In this document: positions 40,063 to 53,358 of the stretch, piece by piece
How positions within the stretch are numbered: position 1 is the first letter of the stretch
Layout of the letters: each line of letters opens with the position of its first letter
Assembly (NCBI GenBank): GCA_963849325.1
Contig: CAWKHF010000006.1
Coordinates: 224,001 to 288,000, forward strand
Length of the DNA stretch: 64,000 nt
DNA from: an uncultured Planctomycetota bacterium
Lineage (GTDB): Bacteria; Planctomycetota; Planctomycetia; Gemmatales; Gemmataceae
Direction of reading: 5' to 3'
The notes under the pieces: generated by a model
The model's database searches: none
What the model was told of the DNA's origin: nothing
The model's input: the letters and a program-made list of their open reading frames with translations, nothing else
Made by a program: the position numbers and the translations under genes

Positions 40063-40524
40063 CTACTGTACGTCGTCCTGGCGAGAATGCTGCTGGGAAA
40101 GCTCGCGCTCCAACTCCCGAGCCGTCCGTTCGGCCGCTTCCGGATAAGGACGTTGGGCGCATCTCACCCAGGCGATGACCTGCCGGCACCGTTCTTCTTC
40201 CGTCCGCGGCACGCGGTACGGCGCGATCAGGTCGTCCTCGGTGTCCTCGATCAGCTCGTTGGCCTCGCCAAACTGCTGCTCCGCTTGGCGGAGCGTCAAA
40301 CGGCCGGCGAGAAGATCGTTGATGGCGGCATTCTTGAGTTCCGTCGAATGGGCCAGCGCCGTCATGCGCTCTTGCAGTGCCTCGGAACGGCGAGCCTCGT
40401 GGAGGAGCCATTGGGCCAGGCCCTGCCCGGCGGGCGACCGCGTGTACGCGGCGAAACCCCATACGCTCGCGCACGGAATGGCCAAGGCGACGGCAAAAAG
40501 GAGGAGGGTGGAGAGATATTTCAT
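40063..40524 (-). CDS. Exported hypothetical protein, paralog 1
   Basis: MKYLS signal; aligns with 40827-41291. Confidence 0.75.
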   Translation of the reverse strand: MKYLSTLLLFAVALAIPCASVWGFAAYTRSPAGQGLAQWLLHEARRSEALQERMTALAHSTELKNAAINDLLAGRLTLRQAEQQFGEANELIEDTEDDLIAPYRVPRTEEERCRQVIAWVRCAQRPYPEAAERTARELERELSQQHSRQDDVQ

Positions 40525-40693
40525 AAGCGCCCTTTCCGGCGAAAGGAGATAACAGGCGAGGGGAAAGAAGGCGGGACCGGCCAGGGCAGACTCGATGGAT
40601 CTGTCCCTACCTCTCTCCCTGCGGGGCGAAACCTCGGCGCGTCGGCAAGGAGCGACTGCTCCCCATCGCCGTTGGGGCCGCAAGAGAGAGTTA

Positions 40694-40709
40694 TGCAAGG
40701 AATGTGCCG
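40694..40709 (-). promoter_or_regulatory. Sigma54 promoter of paralog 1
   Basis: CGGCAC-ATTCC-TTGCA. Confidence 0.6.
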
Positions 40710-40826
40710 GACGGCCGGCTCAAGGGAAGGCGGGTGGAACGTGCCGGCACGGAAGGAAGCACCCAAAAAGAACGGCCCCGCTCCGGCGGGGCGCGATCGG
40801 GTTTGGTTCGGTTCCGCGCCCATCAC

Positions 40827-41291
40827 CTACTGGACATCCTCGGAACGAGAAAGGGGTTCTTCCAGCTGGCATTCCAGGTACGAGGCGATTTCCTCGGCCA
40901 GATCGGGCTGTTGGCCCAACTCGGCCCGCACCCAGACGATGATCTGCCGGTACAACTCGTCTTCCGTCTGCGGCACGCGGTACGTCGCCACGAATTCGAG
41001 ATCCTCGTTGCCCCCCTCAATCATCTCGGCGGCCGTCCGGAACTGCTCGGCCGCTTCCGCCAGGGTTAGGCGGTCGGCGACGAGGTCGGCAACGGCGGCC
41101 TTCTTGATTTCGCCCGCACGGGCGATCGTACCGGCGCGCTGCTGCAAGGCGTCGCAGCGTCTCATCTCGAAGAGAATGGTCCTGGCCACGTTCTGGCCTT
41201 CGAGGATCCCCTCGGAAGCGAACAGGCGCGTCACGGCCACGCACAGGACGGCGACGACGACACACAGCAGCAGGCGGGACAGGTACTTCAT
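40827..41291 (-). CDS. Exported hypothetical protein, paralog 2
   Basis: MKYLS signal; shared RLTL-A-F, YRVP-TE-E--RQ-I-WVR, DVQ end. Confidence 0.75.
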   Translation of the reverse strand: MKYLSRLLLCVVVAVLCVAVTRLFASEGILEGQNVARTILFEMRRCDALQQRAGTIARAGEIKKAAVADLVADRLTLAEAAEQFRTAAEMIEGGNEDLEFVATYRVPQTEDELYRQIIVWVRAELGQQPDLAEEIASYLECQLEEPLSRSEDVQ

Positions 41292-41442
41292 CAACATCCT
41301 CGTCCGGAAGGTCGTGGAAACACCCCGGGGCCACGGCCGGCGGGGTGGAAGATACTGTCGGCTCCTCACCTTCGAGGAGAGCAGTACGCCGTTGGGATCC
41401 GTTTATTCTTCAACACGGAATCAGGTAGGCGTGGAGAGGAGA

Positions 41443-41458
41443 TGCAAGCGCCATGCCG
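41443..41458 (-). promoter_or_regulatory. Sigma54 promoter of paralog 2
   Basis: CGGCAT-GGCGC-TTGCA. Confidence 0.6.
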
Positions 41459-41650
41459 GAAAGGTCGCAAACTTCTCGTTTATCCACGGGGCGTCATGGA
41501 TCCTATCTTAAGGTGATGCAATATTGGAACTTGAGACAAATAACGAAAGTGCGTTTTTCGCTTCCGCGCGGAGGAAGTCGGCGGAAAAGACCCCGGCGCT
41601 TTGTGTCGAAAATCGTCAGATGGAGCGATTTTGCACAGAGGAGGCGTCCG

Positions 41651-41703
41651 AGCCGCGACCGTCAGGGAGCGCGGGAAAATATCGCTCCCTGACGGTCGCG
41701 GCT
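41651..41703. repeat. REP-like palindrome after pyc
   Basis: AGCCGCGACCGTCAGGGAGCG / CGCTCCCTGACGGTCGCGGCT. Confidence 0.8.
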
Positions 41704-41727
41704 AACGGAACTTTTTTCCCTCGCCTC

Positions 41728-44700
41728 TCAGCCCTCGTAGCGCAGCAGCAGATCGCCGGCATCCACCTGGGTGCCGGCCTGCACCAGCACCTCCGCCACC
41801 GTGCCGGGGCGCTCGGCGTAGATGGTCGTCTCCATCTTCATCGCTTCGAGCGTGAACAACTTTTGCCCGGCGACGACCGCCTCCTCCGGCTCGGCCATGA
41901 CGCGCACCACCAGTCCCGGCATCGGCGCGCCGACGTGGCGCGGATTGCCCGGCTCGGCCTTGGGATGGGCGGCGACCTTGCCGGCCAGGCTGCGGTCGAT
42001 CACCACCACCTCGCGCGGCTGGCCGTTCAGCTCGAAGAACACCGTGCGGCTGCCGTCCGCGTGCGCCTCGCCGACGGCCAGGAACTTGAGGATCAGCGTC
42101 TTGCCGCGCTCGATGTCGATGGACGCTTCTTCGCCCGGCTCCATGCCATAGAAGAACACCGGCGTCGGCAGCACGCTGGTATCCGAATACTTGGCCTGGT
42201 GCGCCGCCAGGTCGGGGAACACGCGCGGATAGAGCAGGTAGCTGAGCAACTCGCGGTCGTTGACGGCCCGGCCGATCTGCTGCTCCAGGTGGACGCGAGC
42301 GGCGGCGAAATCGACCGGCGGCAGCGTGGCGCCGGGCCGACCCGCGCATCGGCTCGCCGGCCGCGCAGCACACGCTGTTGCAGCACCTCGGGGAAGCCGC
42401 CCGGCGGCTCGCCGAGCCGGCCCTCGAAGAACTCGATCACCGACTCCGGAAACGACAGCTCGCGCGTCCCGCTCAGCACGTCGTCGGTCGTCAGGTTGTT
42501 GCCGACCATGAACAGGGCCATGTCGCCGACCACCTTCGAGGTCGGCGTCACCTTGATGATGTCGCCGAACAGGCGATTGACCTCGGCGTACATCCGGCAC
42601 ACCTCGCGCCAGCGTCCCTCCAGCCCCAGCGCCTGCGCCTGGTGGTACAGGTTGGTGTACTGTCCGCCGGGCATCTCGTTGAGATACACGTCCGCCGTCG
42701 GCGCCAGTTGGCCGGTCTCGAAGGAGGCGTACAACCGCCGCACCCCCGACCAGTAGTCGGCGACCTCCTGCAAGGCGTCGTCGTCCAGGGCGGGATAGCG
42801 CGGTCGAAGCGCAGCGCCTCGACCAGGGCGTGCAGGCTCGGCTGGCTGGTCATGCTGGAGAACGGCGCCATGGCGCAATCGACGATGGACACGCCCTCCT
42901 CGGCGGCCAGCAGGTACGAGGCGATCTGTCCGCCGGCGCAGTCGTGCGTATGGAAGTGGATGGGGAGGCCGACTTCCTGCCGCAGCGTCCGCACCAGCAC
43001 CTGCGCCGCGTACGGCTTGCACAGGCCGGCCATGTCCTTGATGGCCAGCAGGTTGGCGCCGCGCTTCTCCAGCTCCTTCGCCAGGTTGACGTAATAGGCG
43101 AGGTTGTATTTCGTCCGTGACGGATCGAGAATATCGCCCGTGTAGCAGATGGCCGCCTCGCACAACATGCCGTTGTCGCGCACGGCCTCGATGGCCAGCT
43201 GCAAGTTGGGCAGGCCGTTGAGCGCGTCGAAGATGCGGAACAGGTCGATGCCCGCTTGCGCCGACTCCTTGACGAACGCCTGCACGACGTTGTCGGGATA
43301 GTTGGTGTAGCCGACGGCGCTGGCCGAACGCAGCAGCATCTGAAAGAGAATGTTCGGCATGCGCGAACGCAGATCGACCAGGCGCTGCCACGGCGATTCC
43401 TTGAGGAAGCGCATGGCCGTGTCGAAGGTCGCGCCGCCCCACATCTCCAGCGAGAACAGTCCCGACAGGCGGGCCGCGTAGAACGGCGCGATGCGCAGCA
43501 TGTCGTGGGTGCGCATGCGCGTGGCCAACAGCGATTGATGGGCGTCGCGGAACGTCGTATCGGTGACGAGCAGGCGCGGCTGTTCGAGCACCCAGCGGGC
43601 AAACTTCTCGGCGCCCAGCTCGCGGAACTTGTCGCGCGTGCCCGGCGGCAGCCGGCACCTTGCTGCCGGTCCAGGGCGGAGCGGACGCCGGCAGCGGCAC
43701 CGTCTGACGCGGCACGCCGGCGGGCTTGTGCGCGATGAGCGGATGGCCGTTGACGATCACGTCGGCGATGTAGCGCAGCAGGCGCGTGGCCCGGTCCTGG
43801 CGGCGGACGAACTTGAACAGCGCCGGCGTCTCGTCGATGAAGCGCGTCGTGCAGCCGCCGGCCAGGAAGGCCGGGTTCGTCACCAGGTTGACCAGGAAGG
43901 GGATGTTCGTTTTGACGCCGCGGACGCGGAACTCCTGCAAACTGCGCAGCATCCGCCGAGCGGCGTCCACGAAGCGCAGACCGTGCGCCGTCACCTTGAC
44001 CAGCATCGAATCGTAAAACGGCGTGATGACCGCTCCGGTGAACGCCGAGCCGGCGTCCAGGCGGATGCCCATGCCGCTGGCCGAGCGATAATTGCTCAGC
44101 TTGCCGTAATCGGGCAGGAAGTTGTTGGCCGGGTCTTCCGTCGTGACGCGGCACTGCAAGGCGTAGCCGTGCGTGACGACCTGGCTCTGATCGCCCAGGC
44201 CGATCTCCGGATCGCTCAGCGGCAGGCCGCGGGCGATGAGGATCTGACTCTTGACCACGTCGTAGCCGGTCACTTCCTCGGTGACGGTGTGCTCGACCTG
44301 GATGCGCGGATTGACCTCGATGAAGTAGAAGGCGCCGCTGTCGGCATCGACGAGGAACTCGACGGTGCCGGCGTTGTCCAGGCGCACGGCCCGGCCGACG
44401 GCCAGGGCGGCGTCGAGGATGCGCTGCCGCAGGGCCGGATCGAGGTTCAGCGCCGGCGCGATCTCGACGATCTTCTGATGGCGGCGCTGCAGCGAGCAAT
44501 CGCGCTCGAAGAGGTGGACGAGATTGCCGTGCTTGTCGCCGAGCAGCTGCACTTCGATGTGACGGGCGCGGGCGATGTATTTTTCCAGGAAAACATCGGC
44601 GATGCCGAAGGCGGTGCCGGCCTCGCGGCGGGCCTGGTCGAGCGCATCGTCGAGCTTGTCGGCGCTGGCGGCGACGCGCATGCCGCGTCCGCCGCCGCCC

Positions 44701-45213
44701 ATCGCCGCCTTGACCATCACCGGGAAGCCCAGCTTCGCCGCCAGTTGATGGGCCTCCTCGTTGGTCTGGACGGCCGCGCTGCCGGCCAGGATCGGCACGT
44801 TGGCCTTCTGAGCGATGTCGCGGGCCACGACCTTGTCGCCGAGCTGTTCGAGGATCTCGACGCGCGGGCCGACGAAGATGATGCCGGCCTCTTCGCAGGC
44901 GCGGGCGAAGTGGGCGTTCTCGGACAGAAAGCCGTAGCCCGGATGAATGGCATCGACTTCGTGCTGCGCGAGCCAGGGCGACAATGCCCGCGATGTCGAG
45001 ATAGGCGCGGATCGGCTCGCCCGGTTTGCCGATGCGATAGGCTTCGTCGGCCTTGAAGCGATGCAGGGCGAAGCGGTCCTCGTGCGAGTAGATGGCCACC
45101 GTGCGGATGCCCAGCTCCGTCGCCGTGCGGAAGACGCGGATGGCGATCTCGCTGCGGTTGGCGACGAGCAGCTTCTTGATCGGGCGCGGCGCTTGTTGTG
45201 CTTCCTCCGGCAT
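41728..45213 (-). CDS. pyc: Pyruvate carboxylase, several frameshifts
   Basis: [45 protein letters not shown]. Confidence 0.95.
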
Positions 45214-45391
45214 GGCGGATCAACCCCCCTCATCTGGGACAAGCATTCATGCGGATTCGCTTATCCTAGGGAATGATCGGCCGGATTCCCACGGTGGAGG
45301 CCGCCTGTCGAGGACATATCGTCCCTCGGCGGCAAGCGGTTACTGTCTACGGGAGAGAGGATCGCCGCCGTCGATCAACCGAGAGACCAAC

Positions 45392-45625
45392 ATGACTACC
45401 GTGACCCTTGAGGAAGCCCAGGTTCTATTGGCGAAGCTGATCGAGCAACTGCAGCCTGGGGAAGAGATCGTCATCACCCGCGATCAAAAGCCCGTGGCCC
45501 GGCTGATCGCGGAGGCGAAGCCGGAGCGGCCGCCGCGACGGATGGGAACCCTGAAGGGCACTGTGCTCTACATGGCAGCGGACTTCGATGCTCCACTGGA
45601 GGACTTCAAGGAGTACATGCCGTGA
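45392..45625 (+). CDS. Phd/YefM-like antitoxin, orphan
   Basis: VTLEEAQ...GEEIVITR..KPVARL...DFDAPLEDFKEYM. Confidence 0.85.
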   Translation: MTTVTLEEAQVLLAKLIEQLQPGEEIVITRDQKPVARLIAEAKPERPPRRMGTLKGTVLYMAADFDAPLEDFKEYMP

Positions 45626-45646
45626 GGCTCCCGATGGGGAACGGTA

Positions 45647-46033
45647 TCACCAGAGCCGCTTCACGCCATAAGCATCCACGACCAGATCCGTGCTGACCAG
45701 GGGCACGTTTTCGGCCAAGGCTTGGGCGATAAGCAAGCGGTCGAACGGATCGCGGTGGTGAAACGGCAGGGCGGCAACCACGGCCGCATGAGATACGGCA
45801 ATCGGAAGAATGATAAGCTGATTCTGGGCGATCTGCCGGTCCATGAAATCCTTGAACGATCCAGGAACTTGATATTTGCCGATGCGAACCTTGATGGCGA
45901 TCTGCCAGTAACTCGCGGGGCTGAGCAGCAACTCGTTGGCGGGATTGATGAGCAGCGTCCGCGCGGTCGTACTCAGGCGCACGTCGTTGAGCACGAATCA
46001 CAGGAACGCCTGCGTGTCCAGGAGTAGCTTCAC
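45647..46033 (-). CDS. VapC PIN-domain toxin
   Basis: LLLDTQAFL, HRDPFDRLLIAQA; GTGA overlap with antitoxin. Confidence 0.9.
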
Positions 46034-46260
46034 CGCATGTATTCCTGGAAGTCGCGCAAGTGTTCGTCGTCTTCGGCCAGGATGACGAGTTGGCCGACGG
46101 CACTGCCCGGCTGACGCGGCGGGCGCGGCCGCGCTTCTTCGCCGATCAGTCGAGCGATTGGCCGGCCTCGATCCACGATCTGAATTTCCTGGCCCGCTGC
46201 CAGGTTGGCGAGAAGCCGCGGCAAGTCGGCCTGGGCTTCCTCAAGGGTCACGGTTGACAT
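46030..46260 (-). CDS. Phd/YefM-like antitoxin
   Basis: VTLEEAQADL...GQEIQI...PIARL...DFQEYM. Confidence 0.88.
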   Translation of the reverse strand: MSTVTLEEAQADLPRLLANLAAGQEIQIVDRGRPIARLIGEEARPRPPRQPGSAVGQLVILAEDDEHLRDFQEYMR

Positions 46261-46406
46261 GGCGTGTTCCTCCTTTCCCCGATTCTATCATCTCCGGTGA
46301 TCGACACGGAAGAACCATTGATCCGAACCGGCCCTCGGCACCGGCTTGCCTCCTGCGCTACCGTCGGAAATAATGCCTGCATCGCCTTCTCGGAAAGGAC
46401 AATGGC

Positions 46407-47270
46407 ATGACTCGCCGCTTCACGCTGCCGCTGGTTTGCGGTCTCCTCCTTTTCCCCAGCGCCGGCCGCGCCGAGGAAGGCACCTTCGACTCGGGCGGCG
46501 TCAAGATTCATTACACCGTGGTGGGCGAGGGCGAGCCGGTGTTGCTGATCCACGGTTTCGCCGTCAACACGGACCTTCAATGGCGCCTGCCGAGGATCAT
46601 CAAGGAGCTGGCCCGCAACCATCGCGTCATCGCCTTCGACAATCGCGGCCACGGCCAGAGCGGCAAACCGACCGACCCCAAAAAGTACGGCACGGAAATG
46701 GTCGAGGACGCCGTGCGCCTGCTCGACCATCTAAAGATCAAGAAGGCCCACGTCGTCGGCTATTCGATGGGAGCGATCCTCACGGGCAAGCTGTTGGCGA
46801 CGCACCCGGATCGGCTGCTGTCGGCCACGCTGGGCGGCGCCGGCGTCCTCCGCGAAGGGGTCGAGTTGCCGCCCTTCGTCGGCGAGCTGGCGGATGCGCT
46901 GGAGCAGGGCAAGGGCATTGGCCCGCTGCTGGTCGCGCTGACCCCGAAGGGCCGACCCAAACCCTCCGAGGCGGTGATCGCCCAGCTCAATCGCATGTTG
47001 GTCGGCGACAACGGCAAGGTACTGGCCGCTGTCGTCCGCAGCTGGAAGGACCTGGCCGTGAGCGACGAGCAGCTGAAGGCCAACAAGGTGCCGGTGCTCG
47101 CCCTCATCGGCGCAAACGATCCGCTGAAGAAAAGCGTGGACGACATCAAGGACCGCCTGGCCCATCTGGAGGTCGTGGTCATCGGCGGCACCAACCATTT
47201 CACCGCTTTCACCAGTGCGAAATTCCTCCAATCGCTAAACAACTTCCTTGATCGGCACAGCCGGAAGTGA
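46407..47270 (+). CDS. Secreted alpha/beta hydrolase
   Basis: LLIHGF, DNRGHGQS, GYSMG. Confidence 0.9.
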   Translation: MTRRFTLPLVCGLLLFPSAGRAEEGTFDSGGVKIHYTVVGEGEPVLLIHGFAVNTDLQWRLPRIIKELARNHRVIAFDNRGHGQSGKPTDPKKYGTEMVEDAVRLLDHLKIKKAHVVGYSMGAILTGKLLATHPDRLLSATLGGAGVLREGVELPPFVGELADALEQGKGIGPLLVALTPKGRPKPSEAVIAQLNRMLVGDNGKVLAAVVRSWKDLAVSDEQLKANKVPVLALIGANDPLKKSVDDIKDRLAHLEVVVIGGTNHFTAFTSAKFLQSLNNFLDRHSRK

Positions 47271-47505
47271 GTGGCCGGCGTCAACCGGCTGGTTGAGGTC
47301 GAAAAGGGGTCGGGAGTCGATTTGAGGACATACCAGGCCGAACAAGCCACTTCAGCAGATCGGGCCGGCACGACGGCTCTGCGTGCTATTTCGTCAAGCC
47401 TGCCGGCCCGGTTGCTGAGCTTGATCGTTTGGCGAAGCGAGTCGCTACAATGGTCTTGGGCTTGGTGGTTCAGGCTCTCGGTCCCGTGCAAGACAGGAGG
47501 CTGCA

Positions 47506-47730
47506 ATGGCTACCCTAGCAGATCGGATCACGGTAGACCCCGAACAATGTGGTGGCCGCCCTTGTGTTCGGGGCATGCGCATCCGTGTCAGCGACGTACT
47601 CGACCTACTAGCGAACGGTCTGAGTTCTGAGCAGATCATCGAGGAGTTGCCGGATTTGGAACCGGCGGACGTCCAGGCGTGCCTCCGGTTCGCCAGCCGA
47701 CGCGTGGCCGACCCGGAGCCAGTCGTATGA
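47506..47730 (+). CDS. DUF433 antitoxin-like protein
   Basis: RITVDPEQCGGRPCVRGMRIRV. Confidence 0.9.
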   Translation: MATLADRITVDPEQCGGRPCVRGMRIRVSDVLDLLANGLSSEQIIEELPDLEPADVQACLRFASRRVADPEPVV

Positions 47731-48068
47731 TCATTTGGCTGGACGCTCAACTCCCTCCGACGGCCGCCGCGTGGATCACGGCGACATTGGGGATGGAGGC
47801 CCACGCTGTCCGCGACTTGGGGCTGCGCGATGCGAAAGACTCGCCTATCTTCCAAGTTGCCCGCGCCGCAGGGGCGGTGATGATGACCAAGGACAGCGAC
47901 TTCGTAGAGATGTTGCAGCGGCTCGGCCCACCGCCGAAGGTCCTCTGGGTGACTTGCGGCAATACATCGAACGCCCGGCTCCGTGAGATCCTCAGCCGCG
48001 TGTTGCCTGCTGCGGTCGCGCGTTTGGAAGGCGGGGAGAGTTTGGTCGAGATCGGGGATGCTCCATAG
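47727..48068 (+). CDS. DUF5615 PIN-like toxin
   Basis: WLDAQLP, RDAKD, MTKDSDF; ATGA overlap. Confidence 0.88.
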   Translation: MIIWLDAQLPPTAAAWITATLGMEAHAVRDLGLRDAKDSPIFQVARAAGAVMMTKDSDFVEMLQRLGPPPKVLWVTCGNTSNARLREILSRVLPAAVARLEGGESLVEIGDAP

Positions 48069-48214
48069 CCGAGTAGGCAGCTCTGGAAGTCCCGCGCCGA
48101 CCAAGGCGCTGCCGGAGACCGGCCACGCGACTAACGCCAGTGCGCGTCATTCTGGTTTCTCCCGCGTGAGCCGGCCGCAGTCCTGGACATCGTCGATCCC
48201 TTCGGGGCGGATGC

Positions 48215-48327
48215 CCACGGAGGAACACAGGGAGAGATGAAAGAGGAGCGGGGCCCGTGGAGCCATCATCGAAATAATGGTCTTTTCCCGCCCGTTCTTC
48301 TTCTCCCTTCCCTGTGCTCCTCGGTGG
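48215..48327. repeat. Imperfect inverted repeat
   Basis: CCACGGAGGAACACAGGGA ... TCCCTGTGCTCCTCGGTGG. Confidence 0.6.
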
Positions 48328-48334
48328 ACATCGC

Positions 48335-49612
48335 TCACACGACACGGCGCAGCCGGCCCTGCTCGCTCTCGCGCAGCACCTGCCGACGCTCGGCCGCCGT
48401 CTGCTCGAACAGCGTGAAAAACAGTTCGGCGTGCGTCTCGGTCCATTCGCGCTGGCGCCGCGCCATCATCGTCGCCGCCGTGGCGAACATCTCGCGCAGA
48501 CCGTTCTGCTCGTGCAGACGGCCGCGACCGTATCGGCAGAACGACGGCACCACGCGCGGCAGCAACTCGCCCGAGCCGAGCAGCTGACCGAACGCGCCGA
48601 TCGTGGTGCCGGTGTTGAACAGCGTGTTCAGGCTCGTCTTCGTGTGGTCGCCGATGAACGAACCGATCTTGAGCAGGCCGGTGTCGATCGTCTGGCCGTG
48701 GAGCGTCATGCGGATCGGGGCCGTAATCGGTGCGCAGGTCGCTGGTCTGTCGTGCCGGCGCCGAAGTTGACCCATTCGCCGACGTAGGAGTGGCCCAGGA
48801 AGCCATCGTGGGCCTTGTTGCTGTGGCCGTGGACAATGCTGGACTCGACCTCGCCGCCGATGCGGCACTGCGGCCCGATGCTGCCGCCGTGGAGGCGAGC
48901 GCTGAGCAGACGTGCGTCTCGGCCCCGACGTAGCACGGCCCTTCGAGCCGGCTGAACGCCTGCACCACCGCCCCGCGATCGATCAGCACCGGCCCCTTCG
49001 TCGTGTCGATGTGGACCATCGGCTCGATATGGGCCGTGTGAGCGACCAGGCAGCGCTCGGCGGGCCCGCTGATCGATACGCCGCGCGCCTCCGGTACGCC
49101 CGCCGTCCACCAGTGCCGATAATCGTCTTCCAGGGCGGCGCCGTTGTGCTCGATCAGGTCCCAGGGATAATCGATCATCCGGCCGCCGGCCGAACGTTGC
49201 GGCAGCGTGCGGCGCCACTCGGCCAGCCGCCAGGACAGGTTGGCCGCCGCCAGGTCATGTGCCTCGGCCGCCGGCACAACCGCGTAGGCCACCTGCTCGC
49301 CGACCAGGCCGACCTCGCCGGTACACGGCAGGGCGATGGACTCTCCCGGCGCCAGCCAGCGGGCGTTGACGAACACGATCCGTCTCGCCGGTCGTCGCCC
49401 GCTGTCCCGTTGATCTCCAGGTGCGGATGATCCAGCCGGCACAGGTCGGCCAGCTCCGGGCGGACGAGGGCCGCCGACACGCGCCCGGACAGGCAGCGTT
49501 CCTGGCGCTCCAGCAGGGACACGGCGCCGCAGCGGAGGTCGAACGCCGGCCGCGTCAGCGTCAACGGTTGCAGGTTGCTCACGCCGGCGTCTTCAAACAC
49601 GCAGATACGCAT
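48335..49612 (-). CDS. GlmU-like putative sugar nucleotidyltransferase with hexapeptide repeats, frameshifted
   Basis: FEDAG..NLQPLTLTRP.FDLRCG, NKAHDGFLGHSYVGEWVN. Confidence 0.85.
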
Positions 49613-49639
49613 GGGGGTGCTCCTCTTCTCGCTTGCGGC

Positions 49640-51475
<1,836 letters not shown>

Positions 51476-51591
51476 GAAGCAATCCCTCGAAAGATGATGG
51501 TCCCGTGGACAACGGACGGCGTTCCGGGCCGAGGGGAGAAGAGGCCGGGAAAGGTCGAGATCGTGAAGGGGAGCGATCGCGTCCAGAGTAA

Positions 51592-51607
51592 TGCAAAGCC
51601 GGTGCCA
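51592..51607 (-). promoter_or_regulatory. Sigma54 promoter upstream of glmS
   Basis: TGGCAC-CGGCT-TTGCA. Confidence 0.6.
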
Positions 51608-51780
51608 ATGCCTTGTCACCGGCAGCCGTGCGGCCCGGCGGCGTTTCGGCCCGGCGCGAATCGCGGCAAGATGAGGATTCGCTTGCGTTTACCGACGCGG
51701 GCGTTCGCCTTTGAGGAGCGGCGCGAGAGGGGGGCGTAAGCGTTGTTAACGCCGCTGAGGAGCGCTGTTGCGGAAAGTTA

Positions 51781-52687
51781 TCAAGACGAAGCAGGCGGGG
51801 CGAACGCGCCGCACAGGCGGAGGTGTTGTTCCAGATCGAGCGCCTCGGCGCGGCGGGCGCCGTCGATGCCCAGCTCCGCCAGCCGCGCGTCCACCTCGCT
51901 CTTGCTCAGGTCGCGGCCGGGCAGGGCGGACGAGCGCACCGCGCAGGTTCTTGCGACGATGCACGTACAGGTCGCGCAGAAAGACGCGGAAGCGGATCGG
52001 GTCGCCGACGTGTTCGCGCTTGGCCGGCGCGGGACGGATGCAGACGATGGCCGAGTCCACCAGCGGCCGCGGCCAGAACACCTTGGGCGGCAGCCGACGT
52101 ACCAGCTCGACATCCGCCAGGCTCTGCACCAGGACGGCCAGCGCGGCGTATTCCTTGACGCCCGGAGCGGCCAGCAAACGCTCGGCGATCTCCCACTGCA
52201 CCGTCACGACCATGCGCTCGACGGCCAGGTCGCACAGCAGCAGGTTGGTGATGACCGGCACGGCCACGGAGTAGGGGAGGTTGGACACCAGCTTGACGCG
52301 GCGCGTGCCGCAACGCTGACCGAGGTCGTCGATGGCGCGGAGCACGTCGGGGTTCAGCTCGTTCTTGTTCTTGAGGACGTCGGCGCGCAGCAGGGCGACG
52401 TGGTCGCGCTGCCGGACCTCCTCGTCGGTCAGGGCGGCGAAGGCGGAATCGACCTCGACGCTGACCACGGCGCCGGCCTGCTCGACCAGGCGCACCGTCA
52501 GGCCGCCGGTGCCGCTGCCGACCTCCAGGGCCAGGTCGTCGCGCGTCAGCTCGGCCGTGCGCAGGATCAGGTCGAGCAGGTTCAGGTCGATGAGGAAGTT
52601 CTGCCCGAGCTTGTTCTTGGGCTGGATGCCGCGCTCGTCGAAGAGGTTGCGCAGGTAGGAGAGCGTTTGCCGGGTCGCGGAGGTCAT
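51781..52687 (-). CDS. rsmA: 16S rRNA dimethyladenosine transferase, late frameshift
   Basis: GQNFLID, EVGSGTG, SNLPY, FWPRP.VDS. Confidence 0.93.
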
Positions 52688-52736
52688 GCGGATTCATCCG
52701 AGGTCGAGCGAGTGGCGTAAGCCCCCTAGTAGGAAG

Positions 52737-53349
52737 TCAATCACGGTGGGCTTGACGCCCCCCGCTGCGCAAGTACTTCCAGACGTACTTGGCCAGCAGG
52801 TCCGTTTCCAGGTTGACGGCGGCTCCCGGACCCTTGAAGCCGAGCGTCGTATGGGCCAGCGTGTGCGGGATCAGGGCGACGCTGAAGCGATCCGCGCCAA
52901 CGTCCACCAGCGTCAGGCTGACGCCGTCCACCGTCACCGAACCCTTGGACACCATCTGCGCCGCCAGCTCCGGCGGACAGGTGAACCAGACCGTCACCCA
53001 GTCGCCCTCCGTGATGCGCTCGGCGACGTGGCCGACGCCATCGACGTGGCCCTGCACGAGGTGCCCGCCCAGGCGATCGCCCAGGCGCAGCGAGCGCTCC
53101 AGGTTGACGCGATCGCCGAGGGCCAGGGCGCCGAGGTTGGTGCGGCGAAGCGTCTCGGGGCCGAGTTGGAAGCGGCACGTCTGGGCGTCGCGGGCGACGA
53201 CGGTGAGGCAGGCGCCGTTGACGGCGACGCTCTCGCCGAGGCTCAGCTGGGCGGCGATCTCCGGGGCGAACACCGTCAGCGCGACAGCCGGCGCCATCGA
53301 AGACGAGATCGCGGACGGTGCCCAGGACTTCCACGAGGCCGGTGAACAT
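52737..53349 (-). CDS. ribE: Riboflavin synthase alpha chain, frameshifted
   Basis: MFTGLVE, SVAVNGACLT, GGHLVQGHVD, VNLETD. Confidence 0.92.
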
Positions 53350-53358
53350 GATGCCGCG

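Noticed and set aside
51476-51745. glmS ribozyme
   Set aside because: Core AGCGCC...GACGAGG motif not recognised on the coding strand
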